Origin: a virus
Taxonomy: Duplodnaviria; Caudoviricetes
DNA: 60,226 bases
Reading direction: 5' to 3' (one strand)
Virus record (IMG/VR): IMGVR_UViG_3300021197_001319
Coordinates: 1 to 60,226 of that record
Part shown: piece by piece, positions 1-10,132 of the stretch
Layout: every line of letters begins with the position of its first letter
How positions within the stretch are numbered: position 1 is the stretch's first letter
Position numbers and translations under genes: made by a program
Notes under the pieces: generated by a model
What the model was told of the DNA's origin: nothing
Databases searched by the model: none
The model's input: only the letters and a program-made list of their open reading frames with translations

Positions 1-177
1 ATAGGGCCTGTAGAAGCAGGTGATATGATGATTAGTGCTGGTAACGGTATGGCAAAAGCGTTTGATGCAGACGTTGGATCTCCAGCATTGGGAACTGTTA
101 TAGGCAAAGCAATTGAAGATCACGTTGCTGATGAAAATACTTCAGGTGTTATTGAAGTATTAGCAATGATGATGTAA
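1..177 (+). CDS. C-terminal fragment of a tail fibre/structural protein (Peptidase G2/IMC-like chaperone tail)
   Basis: Frame 1 reads IGPVEAGDMMISAGNGMAKA...GTVIGKAIE...GVIEVLAMMM*, a pattern typical of phage fibre C-termini; truncated by the window start. Confidence 0.55.
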   Translation: MGPVEAGDMMISAGNGMAKAFDADVGSPALGTVIGKAIEDHVADENTSGVIEVLAMMM

Positions 178-639
178 TCAATTACACATTAAATCTTCTA
201 TAGTTTTAATTTTAGTTATAATTTCATCAATCTGAAAAGTAGTAAACACCCCAGGATGTAGTGGTTTGGGCCAACTATCTAGTTTGCTCCAAGCATATCC
301 TTTGTGTTCATCGTTGAGTTTAGGTACAAATTCTTCTTCTACAACACAAACGTATGTGCTATATGAAAAATTATTTTTACTATTTGTAAATTTTTCTACT
401 GGAACAGTTTTAAGGACAAGTGGTATAAAACCTATTTCTTCTTGTATCTCACGCTGTAGTGCGCTATATTCTGTTTCTTTTTTTTCAACTTTCCCCCCAA
501 CAAACGCCCACATGCTATTATACCGCGCTCCATTACGCAGTACAAACATATATCTACTAGTAGATTTACTTAAAAATAAGGCTCCAACACTTGCGTTAGA
601 TAACAAGACTCCAGTCGCCTGCTCGATATTCGCCTTCAT
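178..639 (-). CDS. NUDIX hydrolase
   Basis: Nudix box GGKVEKKETEYSALQREIQEEIG; true start probably near 606. Confidence 0.9.
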   Translation of the reverse strand: MKANIEQATGVLLSNASVGALFLSKSTSRYMFVLRNGARYNSMWAFVGGKVEKKETEYSALQREIQEEIGFIPLVLKTVPVEKFTNSKNNFSYSTYVCVVEEEFVPKLNDEHKGYAWSKLDSWPKPLHPGVFTTFQIDEIITKIKTIEDLMCN

Positions 640-1984
640 AGGATTTAACCCATTCGCTTCCTGTATACTTGTATTGTATACTAGTGTTACTATTTGTCAG
701 ATAATGAACACCTTGTTCTGAACTACTATCAAATGCTACTTGCCAGTCATTGCCATTGTATTCAATAATATCATTTGCTTCTGCTACCAAACTACCCCAA
801 GCATCAGGACCATCTGTGTTACTTGCATTGCCTATAGCATTGAGTATAAGGTAGCGTTGACCTTGTGCTGCCGTTGCAAGTCCTGCATCAGGTGCATTGC
901 GAAGAGGATTGATAATTTTTGTAATTGCAGGTAGATCGTTTGTTGGTATTGTATCACTTTGTACAGTAAATAGTAACCTATGTGGATCACTTGGATGGAA
1001 AGCCACAGTGCCAATTATTTCTGCACTACCGCCTGTTTCCAAACGTATTTGACTAAGTCCAGGTTGCAATTCTCCATATTGATTAACAAGTGCAGCCCAA
1101 CTAATATCATCTGTACCTACTTTTGTTGGAGGATCATTTAGTGGTGTATAGTCAACTTTGTTTGTGGTTGTTTCGCTACGATCCAATATTTGTATTGTGT
1201 TACCCAATACAATTATACCAAAGTTCATCGGTGTAAATTTCATACGCTCACCTAGTAGTATTTGTCCATCAATAACACCATCTGCAATGCCTCCTTGATC
1301 GTCATAGATACTTGCAACAATCTTGTTAATGACACCAAGTTTCTTAACTTTAGCAGGCGCACTAAGATAGATAGGAACTGTAAACTGTAGTGTTGCAATA
1401 TCAATTTGTTCATCAACTCCAACTGGAACACTCCTACTACTAAATTGTACATTTGCAAGTTCAATATAACTTAAACTTGTCCAGTCCAAATAGTTGTCTG
1501 TGCTTTGTATTTCAAGTGCAGGATTGAACAAAACAAGTATTTGTTCCAGCAATTGTAGTTTTTGGTTAGTATTACTAGTCCAAATATCTACATTCATTTG
1601 TAGTGTATAGGGTACAGGCATCATGCGTTCTATTGTAAATGCATTGCCCTGTTGTGTAGTATATTCGTTTGTGTTAGGATCAAATTTGCGCATACGAATA
1701 TGTTTTTTGTCTATAAAACTAGGATCCTGTCTACGTTCTGGATTATACTCTAAACCACCTATATAGCAACTAATCATAGGAGTAGGTATAATTTTGTTCT
1801 CACTGTTTTCACGAATAATACTACTAACCATACGAGTACTATCACCGTATTTGACTGGTACAGTTGTAAGTGTAGTATTACCTGCACGATCCTTGCCATA
1901 CTCAACCTGAAAGTTACTAAATGCACGAATAAACTGCAATAGAAAACGTCTTATTTGTTCATCGTAAAAAAATTGCTGTGGCAT
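596..1984 (-). CDS. gp15: Tail completion/sheath stabiliser, T4 gp15-like, with C-terminal extension
   Basis: FFYDEQIRRF...VPVKYG...MPVPYTLQMNVDIWT...QILVLFNP motifs; adjacent to neck genes. Confidence 0.75.
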   Translation of the reverse strand: MPQQFFYDEQIRRFLLQFIRAFSNFQVEYGKDRAGNTTLTTVPVKYGDSTRMVSSIIRENSENKIIPTPMISCYIGGLEYNPERRQDPSFIDKKHIRMRKFDPNTNEYTTQQGNAFTIERMMPVPYTLQMNVDIWTSNTNQKLQLLEQILVLFNPALEIQSTDNYLDWTSLSYIELANVQFSSRSVPVGVDEQIDIATLQFTVPIYLSAPAKVKKLGVINKIVASIYDDQGGIADGVIDGQILLGERMKFTPMNFGIIVLGNTIQILDRSETTTNKVDYTPLNDPPTKVGTDDISWAALVNQYGELQPGLSQIRLETGGSAEIIGTVAFHPSDPHRLLFTVQSDTIPTNDLPAITKIINPLRNAPDAGLATAAQGQRYLILNAIGNASNTDGPDAWGSLVAEANDIIEYNGNDWQVAFDSSSEQGVHYLTNSNTSIQYKYTGSEWVKSYEGEYRAGDWSLVI

Positions 1985-3162
1985 TAATCTTCTCTAGGTT
2001 TAAGTGCATCACTTAGTGACTGTCTACTTGTTGCAGTAGTATTATCATCTGCAGTAAACGTGCTTGTGTTATTGATAAATCCGTCTCTCTGTGTATTTCC
2101 TGTGCCTGGTGTAAGTTTACTGCGTACATCATCTTCTACTTTAATCCAACGTGATCCGCTGTATCTAAACAATCTATTAGGTAAAAAGTCTAAGCGTAGT
2201 ATATAATCACCTTCTTGACTGTCACTCGGAAAACTTGTTCCCATACTAATTGGTTCACCATTTGGTGCTAATCCATCACCTACTAGATACCCACTGTAGG
2301 CATTAGCATTTTGTGGTGTAATACGTCTTGCATCTGCAGTTGCGTCTGTGTTATCTGCATTAAGGGCTGTATTATCTGCATTAACTCCCTTGGACTCAAG
2401 AGGGTTACCTGTTGGATCTGTAGGTACAATATAGTACTGACTTGTGTCGTAACCGCTTTCAGGCACTTCCTTTTCAGCGGCAGCAACAACTTTATTTGTT
2501 ATCTCTAGTTCTTTGTTATAGGTACTTAGCAAGTCACGAAGTGTACTTTCGGTTGGATTTCCGTCTGCATCTTCTTGTATTATGTTAAGTATATCATTGT
2601 ATTCTTGTGCATCTACCAGTGGTGTACACTTAATACGCCACAGGTGTCCCCACCAAGTTGGACTAAATCCCTCACTTGGGCGACTTCCTTCTTGCACTAC
2701 ATAGTAGCGTTTTAGACTAAGTTCTACACTTTCATCCAATGCTGCAAAGTCTGTTAGATGTGGCAATTCAATTACATCACCACTCATAAGTTTGCGTCCT
2801 AGATTGTTGACCATATCATTTTCGTGGAACGTTATAAAAAGTGTATCATTAGCAAGGAACAATCCAAACTGTGATAAGTCAAAGTCTGTATCACTTACGC
2901 TATATATGCCACGAAGATTGTACACATCCTGGTCATATATTCTATCTCTATTTTCTAAAAATAAAAAATCCTGTATTCCTAGTGGATCAGGTGTGCTTTG
3001 ATTTGGTTGACTTGGATCACTTCCGCCTTGACTAGCAATACCTAGATACTTGTGTACATTTACACCAGTGCCACCTATAGTAAACATTTCTTTCATTCTT
3101 CTGTCGAAGAAACGATAATCGTTGGTGTGAGCACCATCTTTCCATAAACTTATTCTTGGCAT
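1984..3162 (-). CDS. gp14: Neck/head-closure protein, T4 gp14-like
   Basis: LSQFGLFL...GDVIELPHL motif; between gp13-like and gp15-like genes; late box plus SD upstream. Confidence 0.65.
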   Translation of the reverse strand: MPRISLWKDGAHTNDYRFFDRRMKEMFTIGGTGVNVHKYLGIASQGGSDPSQPNQSTPDPLGIQDFLFLENRDRIYDQDVYNLRGIYSVSDTDFDLSQFGLFLANDTLFITFHENDMVNNLGRKLMSGDVIELPHLTDFAALDESVELSLKRYYVVQEGSRPSEGFSPTWWGHLWRIKCTPLVDAQEYNDILNIIQEDADGNPTESTLRDLLSTYNKELEITNKVVAAAEKEVPESGYDTSQYYIVPTDPTGNPLESKGVNADNTALNADNTDATADARRITPQNANAYSGYLVGDGLAPNGEPISMGTSFPSDSQEGDYILRLDFLPNRLFRYSGSRWIKVEDDVRSKLTPGTGNTQRDGFINNTSTFTADDNTTATSRQSLSDALKPRED

Positions 3163-3182
3163 GCCTATTCCTTGTTGCTCAG

Positions 3183-3201
3183 TATTTATCGCTTATAAAT
3201 A
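3183..3201. promoter_or_regulatory. Back-to-back T4-type late promoters
   Basis: TATTTAT at 3183-3189 (ATAAATA on minus) and TATAAATA at 3194-3201 (plus). Confidence 0.7.
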
Positions 3202-3207
3202 ACCTCA

Positions 3208-3435
3208 ATGAAACTAGACCTACACGGACATGATGTACACACTGCATGGCGAATATTTAATAGTCGTTTAACAGATGCGTACTACGAAAAGCAAAGTACT
3301 GTTATAGTTATTACTGGGCAGGGTGCTATTATGCACGAGTTTCAAACATGGTGTGGTCAACATCCATACATAAAAAGTTGGACAAATGCGCCACATAATC
3401 CAGGAAGTTACAAAATATCTCTCAAAAAAGGTTGA
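3208..3435 (+). CDS. Stand-alone Smr/MutS2-C domain protein
   Basis: LDLHG...VIVITGQG...NPGS Smr signature. Confidence 0.85.
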   Translation: MKLDLHGHDVHTAWRIFNSRLTDAYYEKQSTVIVITGQGAIMHEFQTWCGQHPYIKSWTNAPHNPGSYKISLKKG

Positions 3436-3487
3436 CACATTCTCAAAAGGTGCTATATTAATATAGTAAGTTGATGTTGAGGAGAGA
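3430..3487 (+). promoter_or_regulatory. Early promoter cassette, copy 1
   Basis: GGTTGACA, 16-bp spacer ending TGC, TATATT, AGTAAGTT (3465-3472), SD GAGGAGAGA. Confidence 0.85.
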
Positions 3488-3493
3488 TACATT

Positions 3494-3709
3494 ATGGTTA
3501 GTAACACAAAGTTTAAAGATTTCGTTGTAGCACTTAGCGCAGAAGATCAGCAAACAGTTGTTGATAGACAGTTGCGCTTGCTTCCTGCATTTATTATGCA
3601 AGAAGTTGCTACTACTAATAATGCTAAAGTCATTCGCAAGTTAGAGAGCCGCTTGAAGCAGGTTCGCTTGATGTTGTCCTCTATTATTGCTAACGGAAAG
3701 GTTGTGTAA
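3494..3709 (+). CDS. Hypothetical early protein
   Basis: Strong SD downstream of early promoter. Confidence 0.7.
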   Translation: MVSNTKFKDFVVALSAEDQQTVVDRQLRLLPAFIMQEVATTNNAKVIRKLESRLKQVRLMLSSIIANGKVV

Positions 3710-3894
3710 TGAACGAAATATTAAATGATATTGAAACACTTACTATTGTAAGAAATGCAGTAAGTACAGGTGTTGAAAAAGAAAAAACAATCGAGTTATT
3801 GGACAAAGTGATACGACTTAAATCACTTGAGATAACTAACTTTGAAGCACAAATGGAAATGGAGTTTATGAACGATGGCATTAACCGCTCTTAA
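3709..3894 (+). CDS. Hypothetical protein
   Basis: TAATG coupling with upstream ORF. Confidence 0.6.
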   Translation: MNEILNDIETLTIVRNAVSTGVEKEKTIELLDKVIRLKSLEITNFEAQMEMEFMNDGINRS

Positions 3895-5026
3895 AGGTAA
3901 ACCAGTCAAGCGTAAAAAAGCAGCCAAGGCTCGCCGTAAAACTACTGGCGCCGGCGCCGCCCCTCTGGACAACTACAAAGTTGCCAAGGACTTCTTTCAC
4001 TTTGATGTAGATAAGAAGGAATATGTGCCTATTATCAGACAGTATGTAAAAAAGTTTTACGATAAAAAGACTGCAACATACATTCTGAAAAATAGTGATG
4101 CTAGTATGGCATTTAGTCATATTGCTTGTTACTGTCATTACATGAATAATGATAAGGCAGATCAAATTCCTGAGGACAGTCACAATTGGATGTCAGGTAG
4201 ATTTGGTGCTCTTGCAGAAAAAGGTGAGTCTATTGTTGAAGAAGTCAAAGCAGTAGAAGCAACAAAGCCTAAGAACGTTTACGTTCCTAGCATCCAAGAG
4301 CGTATCAAGGAAGCAAGTGGCAACATTATTGCTGAGATTGAGGAAGTAGTTGACGACTTTATTGACAACCCTAATACCTTTAAGGGACTTGATCCTGTTA
4401 AACTGTTCCGTAAACTAAATGTGAATCAAGCACATGCTAGGCATATCCGTGCTTTTTATGAAGGTGCTTATGCAGAGTATGCTATGCTACAGCAACCTGC
4501 TCGTGAACAAGAAGAAGATTTGCGAGAAGCATATGCACACTTGGACAAAGCGGCAGTGAAACGTGCAGTGACACTGTTTGGTGGCATCCTAGGGGCGTGT
4601 GATCTTATTACAGCAGAAAGCAAAGCAACTCGTAAAACTAGATCACCCAAGCCTAAGAGTGCTGACAAGTTGGTTGCAAAAATGAAGTATTGTAAAACCG
4701 ACGAAAAGTATAAAGTAGCAAGCATTAATCCAGCGGATGTAATAGATGCTACGGAAGTTTGGGTGTTTAATGTTAAGACACGCAAGATCGGTAAGTATGT
4801 TGCAGAACCACATGCTACACTGCAAGTTAAAGGTACTACGCTTCAGTTTTTTGATGTAAAGCAAAGTATTGCAAAAACACTGCGTAAGCCAGAGCAACAA
4901 CTAACAGACTTTAACAAGAGTGGCAAAGTCCAATTACGCAAGTTCTTAGACAATATCAAGGGCGTAGAAACAAAAATGAACGGACGCTTTAATGCTGATA
5001 CTGTGATCCTTAAAGCAGTAAAGTAA
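3875..5026 (+). CDS. Hypothetical phage protein with basic N-terminus
   Basis: 383-aa ORF with GGAG SD; no recognised motif. Confidence 0.7.
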   Translation: MALTALKGKPVKRKKAAKARRKTTGAGAAPLDNYKVAKDFFHFDVDKKEYVPIIRQYVKKFYDKKTATYILKNSDASMAFSHIACYCHYMNNDKADQIPEDSHNWMSGRFGALAEKGESIVEEVKAVEATKPKNVYVPSIQERIKEASGNIIAEIEEVVDDFIDNPNTFKGLDPVKLFRKLNVNQAHARHIRAFYEGAYAEYAMLQQPAREQEEDLREAYAHLDKAAVKRAVTLFGGILGACDLITAESKATRKTRSPKPKSADKLVAKMKYCKTDEKYKVASINPADVIDATEVWVFNVKTRKIGKYVAEPHATLQVKGTTLQFFDVKQSIAKTLRKPEQQLTDFNKSGKVQLRKFLDNIKGVETKMNGRFNADTVILKAVK

Positions 5027-5055
5027 TAAATAGTGTGTAAGAACAAGGATACACT

Positions 5056-5811
5056 ATGACAACACTAGCATCACTAAGAGCAGACACAACTGATTACATT
5101 CGCTATCGCTTAGGCGATGGTATGGTTGATGTTGAGTTAGATCCGGAACACTATGACAATAGTATAGACAAGGCAGTAAAACGTTTTCGTCAGCGTAGTC
5201 AAAATGCATATGAAAGTTCATATGTATTTTTAAGTGTTGTAAAAGAACAACAAGAATATACACTACCGGATGAGATTGAAGAAGTTCGTCAAGTATATAG
5301 ACGTAGTGTTGGTAGTGGCAGTAGCGATACTGGTACACAGTTCGAACCATTTGAGGCAGCATTTCAGAACACTTACTTGCTACAAAGTGGACGCATTGGC
5401 GGTATGGCAACATATGAAATGTACTATCAGTATCAAGAACTAAGTGCTAGACTGTTTGGCGGCTTTGTAAACTTTGAGTACAATCCTGTTACAAAAAAGA
5501 TTACATTGCTTCGTAAGTTTAGTGCAGATGGCGAACAAATTGTTCTTTGGACTTACAACCTGCGCCCAGAAGCAAGACTGCTACAGGACAGACATGCTGG
5601 ACCATGGGTACAAGACTATGCACTAGCACTTGCAAAGTATACACTGGGCGAAGCACGTTCAAAGTTTAGTACAATTGCAGGACCACAAGGCGGCACAAGT
5701 CTAAATGGTGATGCACTTAAAGCAGAAGCACAAGTTGAAATAGACAAACTCGATGAAGAACTACGCAACTATGTTGATGGTAGTGACCCACTTTCATTTA
5801 TTATTGGCTAA
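5056..5811 (+). CDS. gp13: Neck protein, T4 gp13-like
   Basis: YIRYRLGDGMVDVEL...DYALALAKYTLGEARSKF...GGTSLNG motifs; ATAAATA at 5026-5032. Confidence 0.85.
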   Translation: MTTLASLRADTTDYIRYRLGDGMVDVELDPEHYDNSIDKAVKRFRQRSQNAYESSYVFLSVVKEQQEYTLPDEIEEVRQVYRRSVGSGSSDTGTQFEPFEAAFQNTYLLQSGRIGGMATYEMYYQYQELSARLFGGFVNFEYNPVTKKITLLRKFSADGEQIVLWTYNLRPEARLLQDRHAGPWVQDYALALAKYTLGEARSKFSTIAGPQGGTSLNGDALKAEAQVEIDKLDEELRNYVDGSDPLSFIIG

Positions 5812-5823
5812 TATGAGGCAAAT

Positions 5824-6420
5824 ATGATTATAGGATTATGCGGACTTATCGGCGCCGGTAAAGGAACTGTTGCTGATATTCTAGTTGACCAAGGATTTAA
5901 AAAAGTAAGTTTTGCAGATAAACTCAAAGATGGGGTTAGTACTATCTTTGGTTGGGACAGATCAATGTTAGAAGGAGATACAGATGAATCTAGAGCGTGG
6001 CGAGAACTTAGAGACGACTTTTGGAGTAATGAAACAAAAATGGAAATTAGTCCTCGTTTGGTGCTTCAGTTATTTGGCACTGATTGCATGCGTGATGGGT
6101 TTTATGATGGAGTCTGGGTAAGCCTACTGAAAAAAACTATACTAGACAATCCAGAACAAAACTATGTTGTACCAGATGTACGTTTTGAAAATGAAGTGAA
6201 TATGTTACATGATATTGGCGGAGAAGTCTGGGAAGTAAAACGTGGTCCAGATCCACAGTGGCTTATTGAATATGAGACAACTGGCGTTGCACCTAAAGAC
6301 GTACATACCAGCGAATGGAAATGGGTAAAAGCCCGTAAAGACGAAGTGATACTTAACGACACTAGTATTAATGACCTCAAAGGTCAGGTGTTAACGACCC
6401 TCGGGACCATCCCGTTTTAA
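5824..6420 (+). CDS. gp1: Deoxynucleoside monophosphate kinase (T4 gp1-like)
   Basis: GLIGAGKGT P-loop, SFADKLKD, PRLVLQLFGT, DVRFENE. Confidence 0.9.
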   Translation: MIIGLCGLIGAGKGTVADILVDQGFKKVSFADKLKDGVSTIFGWDRSMLEGDTDESRAWRELRDDFWSNETKMEISPRLVLQLFGTDCMRDGFYDGVWVSLLKKTILDNPEQNYVVPDVRFENEVNMLHDIGGEVWEVKRGPDPQWLIEYETTGVAPKDVHTSEWKWVKARKDEVILNDTSINDLKGQVLTTLGTIPF

Positions 6421-6706
6421 CAAGTTCAGCATTACAATTTAGACACACAGTTTTCAGATTGCGATTGTTAATATTTTTTAAGTCTCCATCTATATAAAAA
6501 ACAATTACTTGACTGCGAAACACAGGTTTAAATCCACAAGCCTCGCAGTTACGTTTTACTTTATATCCACTATCAACCCATAATGGCTTTACAGGCTTGT
6601 GTAACTTCAAGCACTGTTCGCATTTTTTCCTATAAAAGATTCTATCGTCCTTGCGGTAATTTACTGCTCGAGGACGCTGTCCGCATGTCTCACAAGTAGG
6701 TCTCAT
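6377..6706 (-). CDS. Zn-ribbon plus degenerate HNH-fold protein
   Basis: CETC, CEQC, CEAC, FYIDGD..N...NLKTVCLNCN; ATG at 6706 follows TTAAATA. Confidence 0.6.
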   Translation of the reverse strand: MRPTCETCGQRPRAVNYRKDDRIFYRKKCEQCLKLHKPVKPLWVDSGYKVKRNCEACGFKPVFRSQVIVFYIDGDLKNINNRNLKTVCLNCNAELVKTGWSRGSLTPDL

Positions 6707-6767
6707 AGTGTATTTAACACGCACCTTTAAAGGGATTCTACAAATAAGGGTATTTTACGGCTGTTTT

Positions 6768-6775
6768 TATAAATA
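6768..6775 (+). promoter_or_regulatory. T4-type late promoter for tail sheath
   Basis: Perfect TATAAATA upstream of gp18. Confidence 0.8.
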
Positions 6776-6815
6776 GTATTATTAAAACAAAAGACCTTAA
6801 TTGAGGAAGAAAAAC

Positions 6816-9800
6816 ATGGCACTAATATCACCAGGCGTAGAAGTTACAGTTATTGATGAAAGTAACTATGCTCCATCAGCCGCAGGCACAGTAGCAGCAA
6901 TTGTTATTGCAACTGCACAAGATAAGACAAGTGGTACAGGCACAGGCACTGCTTCAGGAACAACTGCAGCAAATGCTGGAAGTACCTTCTTAATTGGAAG
7001 CCAGAGAGAACTTACAAGTACTTTCGGTAATCCAACATTTTACAACACTGCAGCAGGATCACCTATCAATGGTTATGAATTGAATGAATATGGTTTGATG
7101 GCTGCATACAGTTTATTAGGTGTAAGCAACAGAGCATATGTAATTCGTGCAGATGTAGACCTTGCACAATTAGTAAGTAGCACAAGTAGACCACTTGGAA
7201 ATCCAACAAACGGTACAGTTTGGTGGGATGTAAGTTCTGATACACGCTGGGGAATATTTGAGTGGAACCAAAGTACAGGTGCATTTACAAATAAAGTCCC
7301 AACAGTTATTACAACTACAACAGATTTAGATGGCGGTGTTCCGAAAACTTCAATTGGTGCAATTGGTGATTATGCATTGGTTGCAACAAACACAAGCAAT
7401 CCTGTTTATTACAAGAACCGCAGTAATGCATGGGTGCTTGTAGGTAGTGCGGCATGGATGATTTCACACCCAACAATTTCAGGCACAGTTGCAAGTCCAA
7501 GATTTACACAGGGCAACACAATTACAATTAACGGCACCACTGTTACAATGATAGGCAGTACTGTAACTGACCTAAAGACAAGCATTAACAATGCAAGCAT
7601 TACAGGTGTTACAGCAGATGTGCATGATAACAAAATTGAAATTTATGCTAACGCTACGGCAGTAGGTGTAGACAGTAATGCAGACGGAAAAATTGTTATT
7701 GCTAACGGAAGTGGTTCAGTCCTTACAGATGCAGGCTTGACAGCAGGCACATATGCAAGACCACTTATTGCACAGGATCCACATTATACAGTTCCAGCAT
7801 GGAAGTCAACAGACACTGTTCCACGTCCAGCAGGAAGTGTATGGGTTAAAACAACAAGCAGTAATCTAGGATTCCTAGCAGATGTAAGTTCATATAGTAG
7901 CAGTACAGCATTATTTGGAAGTGCAAGTGCTCCAGCATATACAAACGATCAGACTGCACTTAAGAACCTAGACACAGGCGGTGGTAGTGATATTACAGCA
8001 GGTAGTTTTTATATTCAATATGATGTAAGTGAAGATGATACTGTAACATATAAGTTATTCAAACGCTACAGTTCAGGAGCATTGGAAGTCACAGGCACTG
8101 TAACAACTGCATCACTAACTGGAGGTAACAAATTTACAATCCAAGCAAGTGTAGCAAACAGCGCAACACTTAGCACTGCAGTAGAAGTAACACTTAGTGG
8201 TGCAACACTTACAACACTAGCAACAGATATTAACGGTGCAAATGTTGCAAACGTTAGTGCTAGTATACTAAGCACAGGTGCTATACAGATTAAGCATGCA
8301 CTAGGCGGTGTAATTGTATTGAAAGACACAACTGGTACTCCACTAGCAACTGCAGGTATTAGTACAGCAATTACTACTAAGCAGGTTCGTGCAGGAAATG
8401 ACAGTGACCTAATTCTTAGTAACTGGATTGCAGATACATACACTGCAAGTACAAGTGCTCCAAGTGCAAATCCAACTGATCTAACATATTGGTATCATGG
8501 TGGATTCGAAGCAGACATTATGGTACACAATGGTACAACTTGGAAGGGCTATCACAATATAACTGATACTCGTGGATTTGCACTAGCAAATACAGATCCA
8601 GAAGGTGTAATTTTTAGTACTACAGAACCAACAACACAGAGCGATGATAGTGCGTTAGTCAACGGTGATTTGTGGATTAACACAAGTGATCTTGAGAATT
8701 ATCCAGCACTTTACAGACGTGAGACTGTAAGTGGTGAAGCAAAATGGGTATTAATTGATAAAACAGACAACACAACTGAAAATGGTATCATCTTTGGTGA
8801 TGCACGTTTTATGGGCGATGGCACAACTGATGTTGTTACAGGAACAATTCCAACAACTAAAACATTGTTAACAAGCGATTACTTGGATATTGATCGCCCT
8901 GATCCAACAATTTATCCACGTGGCATGCTACTGTTTAACACACGCCGTAGTTCATATGGTGTAAAGCAGTTTAGAAGCGACTACTTGTCACGCACTAACT
9001 TTAGTGACACAAGTGTATACCCAACACTTCCTACAGAAAAGGATGCATGGGTAACATCAAGTGGAAGTACATTTGGACGCAAAGCAGTTCGTAGTGTTGT
9101 TTCAACAGAAATGAAATCTGCACTGGATGCAAGCACAGAACTTCGTGAAGATGCAAGACTGTTTAATGCTATTGCAGCACCTGGGTACCCAGAGCTAATT
9201 AGCAACATGGTTGCTCTGAATAATGACAGACGCCAAACAGCATTTGTAATTGGTGATACACCAATGAGATTGGCAGCAACAAGCACTGCTATTGAAAACT
9301 ATGCAACTAACACAGCGGCAGCATCAGACAACAATGAGGATGGACTAGTAACTAGTGATCCTTACTTGGGTGTGTTTTATCCAAGTGCTACAACAAATGA
9401 CCTAAGTGGCAATACAATTGTTGTCCCAGCAAGTCATATGATGTTGCGCACACTTGCAAGAAGCGATGATATTAGTTTCCCATGGTTTGCACCAGCAGGA
9501 TCACGTCGTGGACTAGTAGACAATGTTGCAAGTATTGGTTATATTAATGCAACAACAGGTGCATTTGTTAATGACAACATTCGTGAGAGTGTAAGAGATA
9601 CACTATACACTAATCGCATTAATCCAATTGCATTCTTTAACGGTGCAGGTATACTTAACTACGGTAACAAGACTCGTGCAGCAAGCACAAGTGCATTGGA
9701 TCGTATTAACGTAGCACGTTTGACAGGTTATCTCAGACGACAAATGCAGGATATTGCAACAGGATTTGTGTTTGAACCAAACGATAAGATCACCAGAGAC

Positions 9801-10040
9801 GAGATCAAACAACAGGTCGAACAAACTCTCAATGATTTGGTTGCAAAGCGTGGTGTATTCGATTACTTGGTAGTATGTGATGAAACTAACAATACTCCAG
9901 ATAGAATTGATCGTAATGAACTGTATGTTGACATTGCTATTGAACCTACAAAGGCTGCGGAATTTATCTTTATTCCAATCAGACTTAAGAACACAGGTGA
10001 AATTGCAAGTGGAAACCTAGCAGCAACACAAACAGTGTAA
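6816..10040 (+). CDS. gp18: Tail sheath protein
   Basis: MALISPGVEVTVIDES N-terminus; PWFAPAG, DRINVARL, VVCDETNNTPDRIDRNELYVDIAIEPTKAAEFI C-terminus. Confidence 0.95.
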   Translation: MALISPGVEVTVIDESNYAPSAAGTVAAIVIATAQDKTSGTGTGTASGTTAANAGSTFLIGSQRELTSTFGNPTFYNTAAGSPINGYELNEYGLMAAYSLLGVSNRAYVIRADVDLAQLVSSTSRPLGNPTNGTVWWDVSSDTRWGIFEWNQSTGAFTNKVPTVITTTTDLDGGVPKTSIGAIGDYALVATNTSNPVYYKNRSNAWVLVGSAAWMISHPTISGTVASPRFTQGNTITINGTTVTMIGSTVTDLKTSINNASITGVTADVHDNKIEIYANATAVGVDSNADGKIVIANGSGSVLTDAGLTAGTYARPLIAQDPHYTVPAWKSTDTVPRPAGSVWVKTTSSNLGFLADVSSYSSSTALFGSASAPAYTNDQTALKNLDTGGGSDITAGSFYIQYDVSEDDTVTYKLFKRYSSGALEVTGTVTTASLTGGNKFTIQASVANSATLSTAVEVTLSGATLTTLATDINGANVANVSASILSTGAIQIKHALGGVIVLKDTTGTPLATAGISTAITTKQVRAGNDSDLILSNWIADTYTASTSAPSANPTDLTYWYHGGFEADIMVHNGTTWKGYHNITDTRGFALANTDPEGVIFSTTEPTTQSDDSALVNGDLWINTSDLENYPALYRRETVSGEAKWVLIDKTDNTTENGIIFGDARFMGDGTTDVVTGTIPTTKTLLTSDYLDIDRPDPTIYPRGMLLFNTRRSSYGVKQFRSDYLSRTNFSDTSVYPTLPTEKDAWVTSSGSTFGRKAVRSVVSTEMKSALDASTELREDARLFNAIAAPGYPELISNMVALNNDRRQTAFVIGDTPMRLAATSTAIENYATNTAAASDNNEDGLVTSDPYLGVFYPSATTNDLSGNTIVVPASHMMLRTLARSDDISFPWFAPAGSRRGLVDNVASIGYINATTGAFVNDNIRESVRDTLYTNRINPIAFFNGAGILNYGNKTRAASTSALDRINVARLTGYLRRQMQDIATGFVFEPNDKITRDEIKQQVEQTLNDLVAKRGVFDYLVVCDETNNTPDRIDRNELYVDIAIEPTKAAEFIFIPIRLKNTGEIASGNLAATQTV

Positions 10041-10055
10041 AATAAAAAAAGTTTT

Positions 10056-10082
10056 GGGGGGCGGAAATGCCCCCCTTTTTTT
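10056..10082 (+). terminator. Rho-independent terminator
   Basis: GGGGGGCG-GAAA-TGCCCCCC followed by T7. Confidence 0.9.
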
Positions 10083-10132
10083 ATGACTGGAATTAGATAA
10101 ATACTTTTATAATTAGATAGGAGCGAAACGAC

